From an archaeon (GTDB lineage: Archaea; Nanobdellota; Nanobdellia; Woesearchaeales; UBA9642): a stretch of DNA of 64,000 nucleotides. Location of the stretch: assembly GCA_043806035.1 (NCBI GenBank), contig JAZDHK010000005.1, forward strand, positions 2,136-66,135, written 5' to 3'. How positions within the stretch are numbered: the stretch's first letter is position 1; each line of letters begins with the position of its first letter. The notes beneath the pieces are model-generated. The model ran no database searches, had not been told where the DNA came from, and saw only the letters and a list, made by a program, of their open reading frames with translations. A program made the position numbers and the translations under genes. This document shows, piece by piece, positions 30,860-42,422 of the stretch.

Positions 30860-31570
30860 GTGCAGAAGAAGAGGTGGGTTGTGAAGGTCATTGATGTCAT
30901 CGATGTCGCGCCGCAAGTGCGGACCATACGTCTCGAGCGTCCCAAAGATTTTTCGTACAAACCAGGACAGTTCTTGCTCGTCTCCATGCAGGTAAATGGG
31001 GAGATGCGGCGCAGGGCGTACAGCATAGCGAGCTCTCCAACGGAGCCGGACTATGTAGACATAACGTTCAAAAAAGTAGCAGGAGGGATGGTAAGCCCAA
31101 GACTCTACGATCTCAGTATCGGCGATGAGCTGGACGCCAAAGGACCGTATGGCTTATTCACGTTGGACGAGACGCACCTACAAAACCTCGTGCTCGTTGG
31201 CGGAGGAACGGGCATAACTCCATTGCGGAGCATCATGAAATTTGTCGTCGACAAAAAACTGGAGAACGTGAACATTTCCCTCATCTACGGAGCGAGAACC
31301 CCACTCGATCTCGTCTACCATGATGAAATCCAGGCCATGCACGCCAACCATAGCAAGATACGCATTTTCTTCACAATTGAGCAGGATGGCGGAGAGCCCT
31401 GGCCCTGGCACAGAGGCATGGTTTCAGTAGATTTTATTAAGGAGAGCGTTCCCGACTATGCGGGGTGCATGTACTATTTGTGTGGCCCTCCACTCATGAT
31501 CGAGCACCTCCTGCACGAGCTCGTCCAGCAAGGGGTTGATCCTCGCAACATCCATGTTGACCGGTGGTGA
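30860..31570 (+). CDS. FNR-like FAD/NAD(P)-binding oxidoreductase
   Basis: YKPGQF, RAYSIAS, GPYG, GGTGITP, YLCGPP. Start uncertain: GTG at 30860, or GTG at 30881 after GAGGTG. Confidence 0.9.
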   Translation: MQKKRWVVKVIDVIDVAPQVRTIRLERPKDFSYKPGQFLLVSMQVNGEMRRRAYSIASSPTEPDYVDITFKKVAGGMVSPRLYDLSIGDELDAKGPYGLFTLDETHLQNLVLVGGGTGITPLRSIMKFVVDKKLENVNISLIYGARTPLDLVYHDEIQAMHANHSKIRIFFTIEQDGGEPWPWHRGMVSVDFIKESVPDYAGCMYYLCGPPLMIEHLLHELVQQGVDPRNIHVDRW

Positions 31571-31610
31571 ATGGACGAGCAGATGGATTGATGGGTATGG
31601 CATGGTAACG

Positions 31611-32585
31611 ATGACTGCGTATCGGCAAGACAAAGAGACATTCGGCAAGTTCATGCTTGCACTGCTCAAGAACAGCAAGGTCTATGCGCCGCTCAACAAA
31701 GACGTCGTGCGCTTTTCTCAACTGACAAACGAGGACATACCCAACATATATTTAGAGAAGAATGCGTACTTTCCGTTGAAAGAATATTTTTTTAGGCATC
31801 AGCAAACACTCTTCACATTCAAAAAGAATGATTTGCAGCCCATCATTGAAGAAGAGCCTGCACGTGTATTCTTTGGCGTAAGAAAGTGCGACCTCAACGC
31901 CATACACCATCAGGACATGGTGTTCTTGCAGGACGCGAAAGACCCCTATTATGCGGCAGCCAGGAAAAATGTACTGCTTTTCGGCTATCACTGCGATGAA
32001 GCACCTTCACCGCATTGTTTTTGTGGCTCTCTCAATCTTGTCGACTGCTATGATTTGATGTTCTATGACAAGGGAGATTATTTCCTCATCGAAGTGGGTT
32101 CTGAGAAAGGGCAAGACATCGTTGACAAGCACGCATCGTTCTTTGTACAAGGCAGAAAGGTAACACAGGAGGAGAAACAGATTAGGAATGCAGACCGCTT
32201 GCTCAAACACGACATCTCTGCGCTCTATGATCATCCTGACTGGCAGAAAGGCGTGAAGCTCTGCCTTTCCTGTGCTGCTTGCACGGCGCTCTGTCCAACG
32301 TGCTACTGCTTCGACATACACGACGAGCTTTCCACAAAAGATCCAACAGCAGGAGAACGCATACGGCAGTGGAGTTCTTGCCAATTGCCAGAATTCACGA
32401 AGGTCGCGGGCAATCACATATTCAGGCAGGACAGAGCACAGCGCTTCAAGCACCGCATCTACCACCAGTTGGACTATTTCAAGCAGAAGTACGGCATCCA
32501 GCTCTGCGTTGGCTGCGGCAGGTGCATCGAAGGCTGCCCTACCCGGATAGATTTTGTACAGATCATCAACGAGATGAACCCATGA
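31611..32585 (+). CDS. hydB: Group 3b [NiFe]-hydrogenase (sulfhydrogenase) beta subunit, 4Fe-4S
   Basis: GVRKCD, CLSCAACTALCPTCYC, CVGCGRCIEGCP. Start 31602 or 31611. Confidence 0.9.
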   Translation: MTAYRQDKETFGKFMLALLKNSKVYAPLNKDVVRFSQLTNEDIPNIYLEKNAYFPLKEYFFRHQQTLFTFKKNDLQPIIEEEPARVFFGVRKCDLNAIHHQDMVFLQDAKDPYYAAARKNVLLFGYHCDEAPSPHCFCGSLNLVDCYDLMFYDKGDYFLIEVGSEKGQDIVDKHASFFVQGRKVTQEEKQIRNADRLLKHDISALYDHPDWQKGVKLCLSCAACTALCPTCYCFDIHDELSTKDPTAGERIRQWSSCQLPEFTKVAGNHIFRQDRAQRFKHRIYHQLDYFKQKYGIQLCVGCGRCIEGCPTRIDFVQIINEMNP

Positions 32586-33445
32586 GCAAGGCAACAAAAA
32601 AAGAAAAGAGCAAGAAAGAAAAGGGCAAGATGCACCCAGGTGCTGGTGTGCTCAACCCCTACTTACCCTTTCCTTACAAGGTGCTCGACTTCTATCGAGA
32701 AACACCCGACACGTTCACCATCACCGTCGACATGAAAGTCCAGCATGACCCTGGCCAGTTCGTGCAGGTGAGCCTGCCAGGCATTGGAGAGAGTCCCATC
32801 AGCATCTGTTCCGACTCGCGAGAATACATCAAACTCAACGTCAGAGAGGTGGGCAATGTCACCAAAGCACTAGCCCATTTGAAGAAAGGCGACACCATTC
32901 TTCTTCGCGGCCCGTACGGGCACGGCTATCCCATGAAAGAACTCAAGGGGCACACGCTCATCATCATCGGTGGAGGATGCGGCGTCGCACCCCTGAAAGG
33001 CATCATCGACTATGTCGAGAATCATCGCAACGAGTATCATGACGTGCTGCTTTTTCTTGGCTATCGTTCTCCTAACGACATCATCTTCCAGCGGGAGCTC
33101 GTGGAATGGAAAGACAAATACCATTTGCAGGTGAGCGTTGATAAGAATCCACAAGGGCAGTTCTGCTACGACGCCAAAGAAGGGTTCATTACACAAATGC
33201 TGCAGGAAACAACATTCACTACGGAAGGGAGCATCGTCTTTCTCTGCGGGCCGCCCATCATGCTGGACAAAGTCCTCGAGATTTTGTACGCGAAGGGATT
33301 CCAGGACGATCACATCTTCGTCAGTGCAGAACGCCTCATGTATTGTGGTATCGGCGTGTGCTGCCACTGCATGATCCATGGAAAGTACGCATGTGTTGAT
33401 GGTCCTGTCTTCAGGCAGGATGAGTTGAGGTACAAGAATGACTGA
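32582..33445 (+). CDS. hydG: Group 3b hydrogenase gamma subunit (FAD/NAD-binding, 2Fe-2S)
   Basis: PGQF, GESPISI, RGPYG, GGCGVAP, CGPP, ERLMYCGIGVCCHC, CVDGPVF. Confidence 0.9.
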   Translation: MSKATKKEKSKKEKGKMHPGAGVLNPYLPFPYKVLDFYRETPDTFTITVDMKVQHDPGQFVQVSLPGIGESPISICSDSREYIKLNVREVGNVTKALAHLKKGDTILLRGPYGHGYPMKELKGHTLIIIGGGCGVAPLKGIIDYVENHRNEYHDVLLFLGYRSPNDIIFQRELVEWKDKYHLQVSVDKNPQGQFCYDAKEGFITQMLQETTFTTEGSIVFLCGPPIMLDKVLEILYAKGFQDDHIFVSAERLMYCGIGVCCHCMIHGKYACVDGPVFRQDELRYKND

Positions 33446-34220
33446 TACGACCAGCAAAAAGCCCATAGTGGGATTTTACGGTATCACGGGCTGTGCAGGT
33501 TGCTTGCTCTCCGTTATTTTCAATGAGAACGACATACTTGACCTGCTCAACCTTATCGACCTGCGGGCATTCCCTTTCATCAAAGAAGTAAATGTGGATG
33601 ACCATTTCGACTATGTTTTCATCGAAGGCCTTGTGGCGAGCAACGAGGACAAGGACGTCATCGAAAAGCTCAGGAAGAATTCCACCTTCGTCGTCAGCCT
33701 AGGTGCGTGCGCCTGCACGGGTTGCGTGCCTGCCTATCGTCACTTCTCGCTCAAGGAAAATTATGAGCACTTGCTCTACCAGAAAGAGCACAATGTGCAG
33801 GACGTCGAACCAACACCCATCGATATGCACATCGCTGTTGATTATTACGTGCCCGGCTGCCCGCCTGACAAGAAACAGATACTGCAGTTCATCAAGCAGC
33901 TCGTCAGGGGAAAGCAGCCGATGCCCTACACGAATCCTGTCTGCGTGGAGTGCAGGCGCAACCAGAACCAGTGCTTGCTTGACCTGGGAAAGCCCTGCCT
34001 CGGACCCATCACCGTAGGTGGCTGCAACAGCGTCTGTATCAATGGTGGCTTCGAATGCTGGGGATGCAGGGGACCCACGAACGACATGAATCTCGACCTT
34101 ATGATCAGTATTCTCAAGCAGAAAGGATTTGACGACAAGTTTATCCACGACCGAATGCGCACGTTTGCAGGACTGAAACTGCCCATGCTGGAGAAACTCA
34201 ATGAAAACCATAACCCTTAA
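33438..34220 (+). CDS. hydD: Group 3b hydrogenase small (delta) subunit
   Basis: TGCAGC, LGACACTG, VPGCPP, VCVEC, CLGPIT, CWGCRGP. Confidence 0.92.
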   Translation: MTDTTSKKPIVGFYGITGCAGCLLSVIFNENDILDLLNLIDLRAFPFIKEVNVDDHFDYVFIEGLVASNEDKDVIEKLRKNSTFVVSLGACACTGCVPAYRHFSLKENYEHLLYQKEHNVQDVEPTPIDMHIAVDYYVPGCPPDKKQILQFIKQLVRGKQPMPYTNPVCVECRRNQNQCLLDLGKPCLGPITVGGCNSVCINGGFECWGCRGPTNDMNLDLMISILKQKGFDDKFIHDRMRTFAGLKLPMLEKLNENHNP

Positions 34221-35469
34221 CCACATAACAAAGATCGAAGGGCACGCAAAGCTCAATCTCAGCATAGATGAAGGAAAAGTGAGTGTCTGCGAACTTTCAG
34301 CAGTGGAAGGCTCGCGATACTTCGAAGGGCTGGTCATCGGCAGAAAATATTTTGAGGCGCATGAGATAACCTCTCGCATTTGTGGCATTTGCTCGTGTGC
34401 CCATGTCATCGCAGCCATCACTGCCATTGAGAACGCGCTCGGCTTCCACGCTAGTCAGCAAACAAAACAGCTCAGGGAATTGCTCATGATTGGGGAGCGC
34501 ATAAGGAGTCATGCAACGCATCTCTACTTCCTTGCCCTGCCAGATTATCTCGGCTATGAATCAGCGCTCGCCATGGCAGGTAAATACAAGAAAGAGATCC
34601 AACGGGCTCTTGCCATGATGCGTATGGGCAATCTCATCGTCAAGACTATTGGCGGCAGGGACTTGCATCCCATCTCGGCAACGGTCGGTGGCTGGCTCAA
34701 ACTCCCTGACAAGGAACAGCTCAACATGCTTGCAAAGGAACTCTTTGCCTTGACTGCTGATGCTTTGGCGACCGTCAAGCTCTTCGCAGGCCTCAAGAAT
34801 CCTGTCTTCCATTCAGAGACGGAATGGTTCAGCATCTCGCACGCAAAAGAATATGCGTTGTTGGAGGGCATGTTCATCTCCCAGAAGACAAAATTCGAGC
34901 CCGTCCGTTATAAGGAGTTCATCAGGGAATATCATGAGCCGAGGAGCACGAGCAATTTCATCGTCAAGAAAGACCACAGATACATGGTGGGGGCGCTAGC
35001 GAGACTGAACAACAACCACCAGCACCTTTCGGCGAACGCAAAGCGCGCCCTGCAGCTCGCAAAACTCAAGATGCCCTCGGACAATCCCTACCATAACAAT
35101 CTCGCGCAGGCAATAGAGATTGTGCACTGCATTGACCATGCCATCCGCATTTGCAAGGCAGGCGTGCAGCCTGAACCGGTAGCGAACATTCCACTGCGTG
35201 CGGGCACGGGCATTGCTGCCATCGAAGTTCCTCGGGGGACGCTCTGGCACGAATACACGGTCGATGAGAAAGGCACAATCATAAAAGCGAACATCATCAC
35301 GCCGACAGCGCAGAACCTGCTGAACATGCAAGAGGACATCCGCTCCTTCCTGCCCAGCATCATCAATAGGTCAAAAGAGTACATCGTGCTTGCTGTGGAA
35401 AAGCTCATCAGGAGCTACGATCCGTGCTTCAGCTGCTCGGCGCACTTCCTCGAGGTCAACTGGCGATGA
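34201..35469 (+). CDS. hydA: Group 3b [NiFe]-hydrogenase large (alpha) subunit
   Basis: KIEGHA, L1 RICGICSCAH, EVPRGTLWH, L2 DPCFSCSAH followed by a 7-aa tail FLEVNWR. Confidence 0.95.
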   Translation: MKTITLNHITKIEGHAKLNLSIDEGKVSVCELSAVEGSRYFEGLVIGRKYFEAHEITSRICGICSCAHVIAAITAIENALGFHASQQTKQLRELLMIGERIRSHATHLYFLALPDYLGYESALAMAGKYKKEIQRALAMMRMGNLIVKTIGGRDLHPISATVGGWLKLPDKEQLNMLAKELFALTADALATVKLFAGLKNPVFHSETEWFSISHAKEYALLEGMFISQKTKFEPVRYKEFIREYHEPRSTSNFIVKKDHRYMVGALARLNNNHQHLSANAKRALQLAKLKMPSDNPYHNNLAQAIEIVHCIDHAIRICKAGVQPEPVANIPLRAGTGIAAIEVPRGTLWHEYTVDEKGTIIKANIITPTAQNLLNMQEDIRSFLPSIINRSKEYIVLAVEKLIRSYDPCFSCSAHFLEVNWR

Positions 35470-35807
35470 TCTGCGTCTTCGGCAACGCCTACCTCGCACA
35501 GGACAATCTTGCATTGGCCGTCGCGAAAGAGCTGAATGTGCCCGTGCGGCATTGCACCTCTCCAGAACAGTTGCTGGACATGGATGACATCATCATCCTC
35601 GACGTGGTCAAGAACATAACACAACCGTTGCTCCTCAGTCCCAATCAGATCAAGGCAAGGAACATCATGAGTATGCATGACTTTGATGTCGGCTTCTTTT
35701 TGAAGCTGATGCAGGAATTGGACATGAAGAAGAACATCATCATCATCGGTCTGCCCCAGGAAGGTGATGCAGTACAGCTCGCACAGCAGGTGAAAGCATG
35801 GATTTGA
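35466..35807 (+). CDS. Short hydrogenase maturation protease-like protein
   Basis: VFGNAYLAQDN, IILD and SMHDFD resemble the HybD/HycI motifs. ATGA overlap with hydA. Confidence 0.75.
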   Translation: MICVFGNAYLAQDNLALAVAKELNVPVRHCTSPEQLLDMDDIIILDVVKNITQPLLLSPNQIKARNIMSMHDFDVGFFLKLMQELDMKKNIIIIGLPQEGDAVQLAQQVKAWI

Positions 35808-36662
35808 AATACCTCATTCTCTTGACCGCGCTCATTTCAGGCATCAGCATCTTCCTCAACAGCTACGCTGTGAAAGGCTTCGAGGCGACCATCTTCACGC
35901 TTGCAAAGAATGTGCTTGTTGCAGTCGCACTCTTCTCCATCATCATCGCGATAGGACAGTGGCAAGAGCTCAAGAAGCTCTCCAAAAAACAATGGATCCA
36001 GCTTGCAGGCATCGGTCTTGTTGGCGGAAGCATACCGTTCATACTGTTCTTCAAGGGACTGCAATTGACGACAGGGACGACGGCGGGATTCCTGCACAAG
36101 ACACTCTTCATCGTCGTCATCATACTTGCGCTCGTCTTTCTGAAAGAAAAACTCAACCTGCGCTTCGCATTCCTGGCAGGAGCCATGCTGCTCGGCACGT
36201 TCTTGCTCGCAAAACCCGACGTGCAGTTCAGCACAGCCCACCTGCTCATCGTTGGCGCAGTGCTCTTCTGGGCTATTGAGAACGTTTTTGCAAAGCACGT
36301 GCTGAAATCACTCTCAGGGAATGTCGTTGCTTTTGGTAGAATGTTCTTCGGCAGCATCTTCATCCTCTGCTATCTTTTCGTTCTTGACAAACAGGCATTG
36401 CTCTTCAGCATGTCCTCTGCACAATATCTGTGGATAGGTATCACTGCAGGTATGCTCTTCCTGTACGTCCTCACCTACTACAATGGGCTCAAGCACGTCC
36501 AGGTCAGCGTCGCCGCGTCGCTGCTCACCCTGGGTTTGCCGATCACGGCATTGCTTGATGCGGCATTCAGGCACGTCGTCCTCTCTTTCGCTGACATTGC
36601 AGGCATACTTCTTGTTGTAGGCAGTGTTGTTGTGCTCTGCATTCCCTCTGTGCAGGTGGCGT

Positions 36663-36676
<14 letters not shown>
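35798..36676 (+). CDS. DMT/EamA-family transporter
   Basis: About 10 hydrophobic segments, two EamA halves, LALVFLKEKL motif. Confidence 0.88.
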
Positions 36677-39030
<2,354 letters not shown>

Positions 39031-39074
39031 GAGTGCTGCAAACATTAATAAATTCGGCATCGTTCTCATTTCCT

Positions 39075-39293
39075 ATGGAGTATGGACGGCACGAATACAC
39101 CCCCGACAGGATAGAAAAAGACGGCAAGACCCTTCCCGTGTACATTCCCGCAGATGCAACTGCTCCAGAAGCCAAGCCCGGCAGCAAGGCAGGCAATCCT
39201 CACCTCGATGTGTTGCTCGAGGAAGAGCGCAAGGAACAAATTATGCGGCAGGCAGACCATGATGCTCAAGACCTATGCGAAGATCAACCTTGA
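39075..39293 (+). CDS. Small hypothetical protein (72 aa)
   Basis: TTAATAAA begins 30 nt before ATG 39075. Overlaps the ispE start. Confidence 0.55.
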   Translation: MEYGRHEYTPDRIEKDGKTLPVYIPADATAPEAKPGSKAGNPHLDVLLEEERKEQIMRQADHDAQDLCEDQP

Positions 39294-40023
39294 CCTGAAC
39301 ATCCTGGACAGGCAAGACAACGGCTACCACACCATCCGTTCTACCTTTCAGTCAATCACCTTATACGATCTCTTAGAAGTCGAGCCTGCGGCACACTTCA
39401 GTCTCACTGGACGCGTATACAGAAACAACCTGATAGAGAAAGCGAAGGACGCTCTCGAAAAAGCGACAGGCAAAGAAATGTGTTGCAGCATCCACCTCAC
39501 CAAAGGCATTCCCGAATGTGCAGGACTGGGAGGGGGAAGCAGCGATGCTGCTGCAGCATTGTGGGCCATGAACACCATTTGCTCATTGGGCATGGGCGTC
39601 AAGGCATTACAGGATATTGCGTTTGAGATTGGCAGCGACGTGCCCTTCTTTCTCAGCAATTATGGCAGTGCCGTTGTTGAGCAGACAGGAGAATTGCTTT
39701 CGTATAGAGAACTCGATGTCAGCCCCTATTTTGTTCTCGCCAAACCACCGTTCATGAAGAGCACGAAAGACATGTTCGAACGGCACGACCGTACGGGAAA
39801 AAATTTCTATGATATCATGTGCCAGCTCTGTCCTGACGTACAACGGCTCAAGGAACACTTCAGTAAGGGTGCACACGAGTGCGGCATGACGGGTTCAGGG
39901 CCCACTATCTTTGCAGGATTCCCCACATTAGAAGAAAGCATAGCAGCAGTGAAGTTGTGTACAGTCGATGGAAAATTCTTTATTGCCAGGCCAGTTGACA
40001 TTTCTCATGAAGTTATTGGCTGA
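39259..40023 (+). CDS. ispE: 4-diphosphocytidyl-2-C-methyl-D-erythritol kinase (GHMP family)
   Basis: AKINLDL, GYHTI, KGIPECAGLGGGSSDAAA, IGSDVPFF, MTGSGPT. Confidence 0.9.
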   Translation: MMLKTYAKINLDLNILDRQDNGYHTIRSTFQSITLYDLLEVEPAAHFSLTGRVYRNNLIEKAKDALEKATGKEMCCSIHLTKGIPECAGLGGGSSDAAAALWAMNTICSLGMGVKALQDIAFEIGSDVPFFLSNYGSAVVEQTGELLSYRELDVSPYFVLAKPPFMKSTKDMFERHDRTGKNFYDIMCQLCPDVQRLKEHFSKGAHECGMTGSGPTIFAGFPTLEESIAAVKLCTVDGKFFIARPVDISHEVIG

Positions 40024-40225
40024 GCACTTCCTGATACGCACGAAGGCTTTCTTCAGCTTCTTCTTCGGGAACTTTCATGACTGCAATCTTGCCCTGCACG
40101 AGCACGTAGTCCCCTATCGTGAAGGAATCGTCAAGAAGTTTCGCTTCCCTCGTCTCAATGCCATAATCGACGGTAGCAATATCCTCATCGATGCTGATGA
40201 TCTTGCCAGGGACGAGCAGGCACAC
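40013..40225 (-). CDS. hypC: Hydrogenase maturation chaperone HypC
   Basis: MCLLVPGKI, ATVDYG, GDYVLVQG. GTG start. Confidence 0.9.
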   Translation of the reverse strand: MCLLVPGKIISIDEDIATVDYGIETREAKLLDDSFTIGDYVLVQGKIAVMKVPEEEAEESLRAYQEVLSQ

Positions 40226-40545
40226 TATTCCACCACGACTTTCTTGATGACGATCTCCGTCCCCTCAATGAGTTCGGGCATGCCCTTGCAGCTCGGGCAT
40301 TCGATCATGAAGCTGTCATGGCCGCGTTCGAGAATGGTCGGGTGACCGTGGAAACCGCACGTGCATTTTACTCTTGCCTTTTTTTCTCTGTGGTGCAATT
40401 CCCAATCCACGAGGCGCTCAAGGCAGGCCATGAGCTCGTGAGCAGGGACGTGCGCAAGCTCTCCTATCTCCAGATGGAGTTCTTTGACCTTGCCGTGCTT
40501 CTTTGCTTCCTCGATGATGTTCATTGCAATGACTGTTTCGTGCAT
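40225..40545 (-). CDS. hypA: Hydrogenase nickel insertion protein HypA
   Basis: MHE N-terminus, IGELA, CTC...CPSC, GTEI. Confidence 0.9.
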   Translation of the reverse strand: MHETVIAMNIIEEAKKHGKVKELHLEIGELAHVPAHELMACLERLVDWELHHREKKARVKCTCGFHGHPTILERGHDSFMIECPSCKGMPELIEGTEIVIKKVVVE

Positions 40546-40569
40546 GCAGTCGCTTGAGAAGCGAGGTTT

Positions 40570-41673
40570 TTATGGATTGTGGTTATGTTCGGGAAACAAA
40601 GACAACAGTCCTTGCTCGGATGCAGGACACGTGCCACGTTCGGTGATAAGACCGGTCACGAGCCGTGCAGGGGTAACGTCAAAACCGTAATTCTTCGTAG
40701 GGCTGTTCGTCACTCGCACGTCGACGATATTCCCCTCGTACAATCCTTGGACGTGGGTTACTTCCCCGCTGTCACGCTCCTCAATAGGAATGTTTGCGCC
40801 GTTACGTAACGTCCAGTCGATGGATGCTGATGGCAATGCAACATAGAAGGGGACTTTGTTGTCATTTGCCGCCAACGCCTTCAGATACGTTCCTATTTTG
40901 TTGGCAACATCTCCCGTGCGCGTGGTACGATCACTGCCAACAAGCACGATATCAATAAGATTTTTCTGCATCAGATGCCCTCCCACATTATCAACGATGA
41001 CCGTGTGCGGGATGCCTTGCTGCGCTAGCTCCCATGCCGTGAGTGATGCTCCTTGATTTCTTGGTCGAGTCTCGTCAACATACACGTGTAGGGGCATGCC
41101 TCGCTCATGTGCGGCATAGACCGGAGAGAGTGCCGTGCCATAATCGACCATGGCAAGCCATCCTGCATTGCAATGCGTCAAGACAGTAACATTTCCTTTT
41201 TTTTGGGCAATGTCCTCGAGCAGAGTGAGACCGTACTTGCCGATACGCTTGCACGTATCCACATCCTCATCTGCCATTGCCTCTGCTGTTGTTAGCGCAC
41301 AGGTTATTTTGTCCTGCACGGTTGTTTCTGCAGAGATTGCTGCAACCATACGATCGATCGCCCATGACAAGTTAATTGCAGTGGGACGAGTGCTGCGCAA
41401 TGCTTCTGCCGCAGTCTTCATACACTCATCGAATGATGCTGACTGCACGTTGTCCTGCAGTGCCTGCTTTGCGGCGATATACATGCCATACGCAGCAGCC
41501 ACACCTATCAGTCCCGCACCACGTACGTGCATGTCCTTGATGGCAACGACGACTTGCTCAAGCGTGTACAAGTCCTCTATGACAAATCGGTGAGGAAGAT
41601 ATCGTTGGTCTATGGTCTTGACTGAACCGTGCTCTTGCCAGATGGTGCGATAGTGCTTCCCTCCTACATGCAT
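40570..41673 (-). CDS. mtnA: S-methyl-5-thioribose-1-phosphate isomerase
   Basis: IDQRYLP, VRGAGLIG, TRPTAINL, THCNAGWLA, ETRPRNQG, ANKIGT, FDVTP. Confidence 0.92.
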   Translation of the reverse strand: MHVGGKHYRTIWQEHGSVKTIDQRYLPHRFVIEDLYTLEQVVVAIKDMHVRGAGLIGVAAAYGMYIAAKQALQDNVQSASFDECMKTAAEALRSTRPTAINLSWAIDRMVAAISAETTVQDKITCALTTAEAMADEDVDTCKRIGKYGLTLLEDIAQKKGNVTVLTHCNAGWLAMVDYGTALSPVYAAHERGMPLHVYVDETRPRNQGASLTAWELAQQGIPHTVIVDNVGGHLMQKNLIDIVLVGSDRTTRTGDVANKIGTYLKALAANDNKVPFYVALPSASIDWTLRNGANIPIEERDSGEVTHVQGLYEGNIVDVRVTNSPTKNYGFDVTPARLVTGLITERGTCPASEQGLLSLFPEHNHNP

Positions 41674-41766
41674 GCCTGATGAGAATGTGGTGCGTTATTT
41701 ATTCTTTTCCTTCATCGCGCTAGCGACTACAGAAACGCATATAAATGTGAGGGAGTGTTGCATTCC

Positions 41767-42300
41767 ATGCTCTCGTATGTTCTTGCTACACTTCCTTTCA
41801 TCCAGTTCTTTCTCGTCTGGCAGTTTGCCGCACGATTCAAGAGGATTGATTCGTTCTTGCACAACTATGCATTGGTGTATTTGGATTGGTTCTTTGTCCC
41901 GTTCAATTTTTTGTTTCCTCTTGCCGTGCCGTTCTCGCCGCTGATTCTTCTCTGGCTACTTCTGGGTTTGATTGCCAGCTGGCTCATGCACGCAGTATGG
42001 AAATCCTTGCCGAAAAAACCGGCAGAGACAAAACTCTTTACTTCAGAGAAAGGGCTCACGCCGGAAGGCTGGACGCATTTTGTGTTTATGACAGTGCAGC
42101 TTGCATTGATCATCAGTGCACTGCTCGCTCCTGCGTCTTCGTATCTGTGCATCATGCTTTGTGTGCTGCTTGCCTATCTTCTTGCCTTTGTGGCGATTGT
42201 TGTTTTTGTGCGCAAAATAAGATTGAGAAGCAGGTTTGATTGGCCGTTCATTGTTATTGGTATCGTTGTTGTTTTGGCTAGGCTTATTTTTTCTTTATGA
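41767..42300 (+). CDS. Hypothetical multi-pass membrane protein
   Basis: About 6 hydrophobic segments; TATAAA about 28 nt upstream. Confidence 0.7.
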   Translation: MLSYVLATLPFIQFFLVWQFAARFKRIDSFLHNYALVYLDWFFVPFNFLFPLAVPFSPLILLWLLLGLIASWLMHAVWKSLPKKPAETKLFTSEKGLTPEGWTHFVFMTVQLALIISALLAPASSYLCIMLCVLLAYLLAFVAIVVFVRKIRLRSRFDWPFIVIGIVVVLARLIFSL

Positions 42301-42308
42301 AGAACTAT

Positions 42309-42422
42309 TGCGGGGAGGAGGATTCGAACCCCCGAAGGCACTAAGCCACATGGCGTTTCTATCTGAAAGCGTTGCTTCCAGATGCCTGAACCATGCCCGA
42401 TTGGCCGCTCCGGCACCCCCGC
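42309..42422 (-). tRNA. tRNA-Leu(CAG) with a 30-nt intron at 37/38 (42355-42384)
   Basis: Acceptor GCGGGGG/TCCCCGC, anticodon stem CATGG/CCATG, long variable arm, GGTTCGAATCC, intron hairpin ATCTGGAAGC/GCTTTCAGAT. Confidence 0.93.

Noticed and set aside
40570..41673. Ribose-1,5-bisphosphate isomerase of the AMP/RubisCO pathway
   Set aside because: THCNAGWLA...GTAL and the N-terminal DQRxLP region are MtnA-type signatures.
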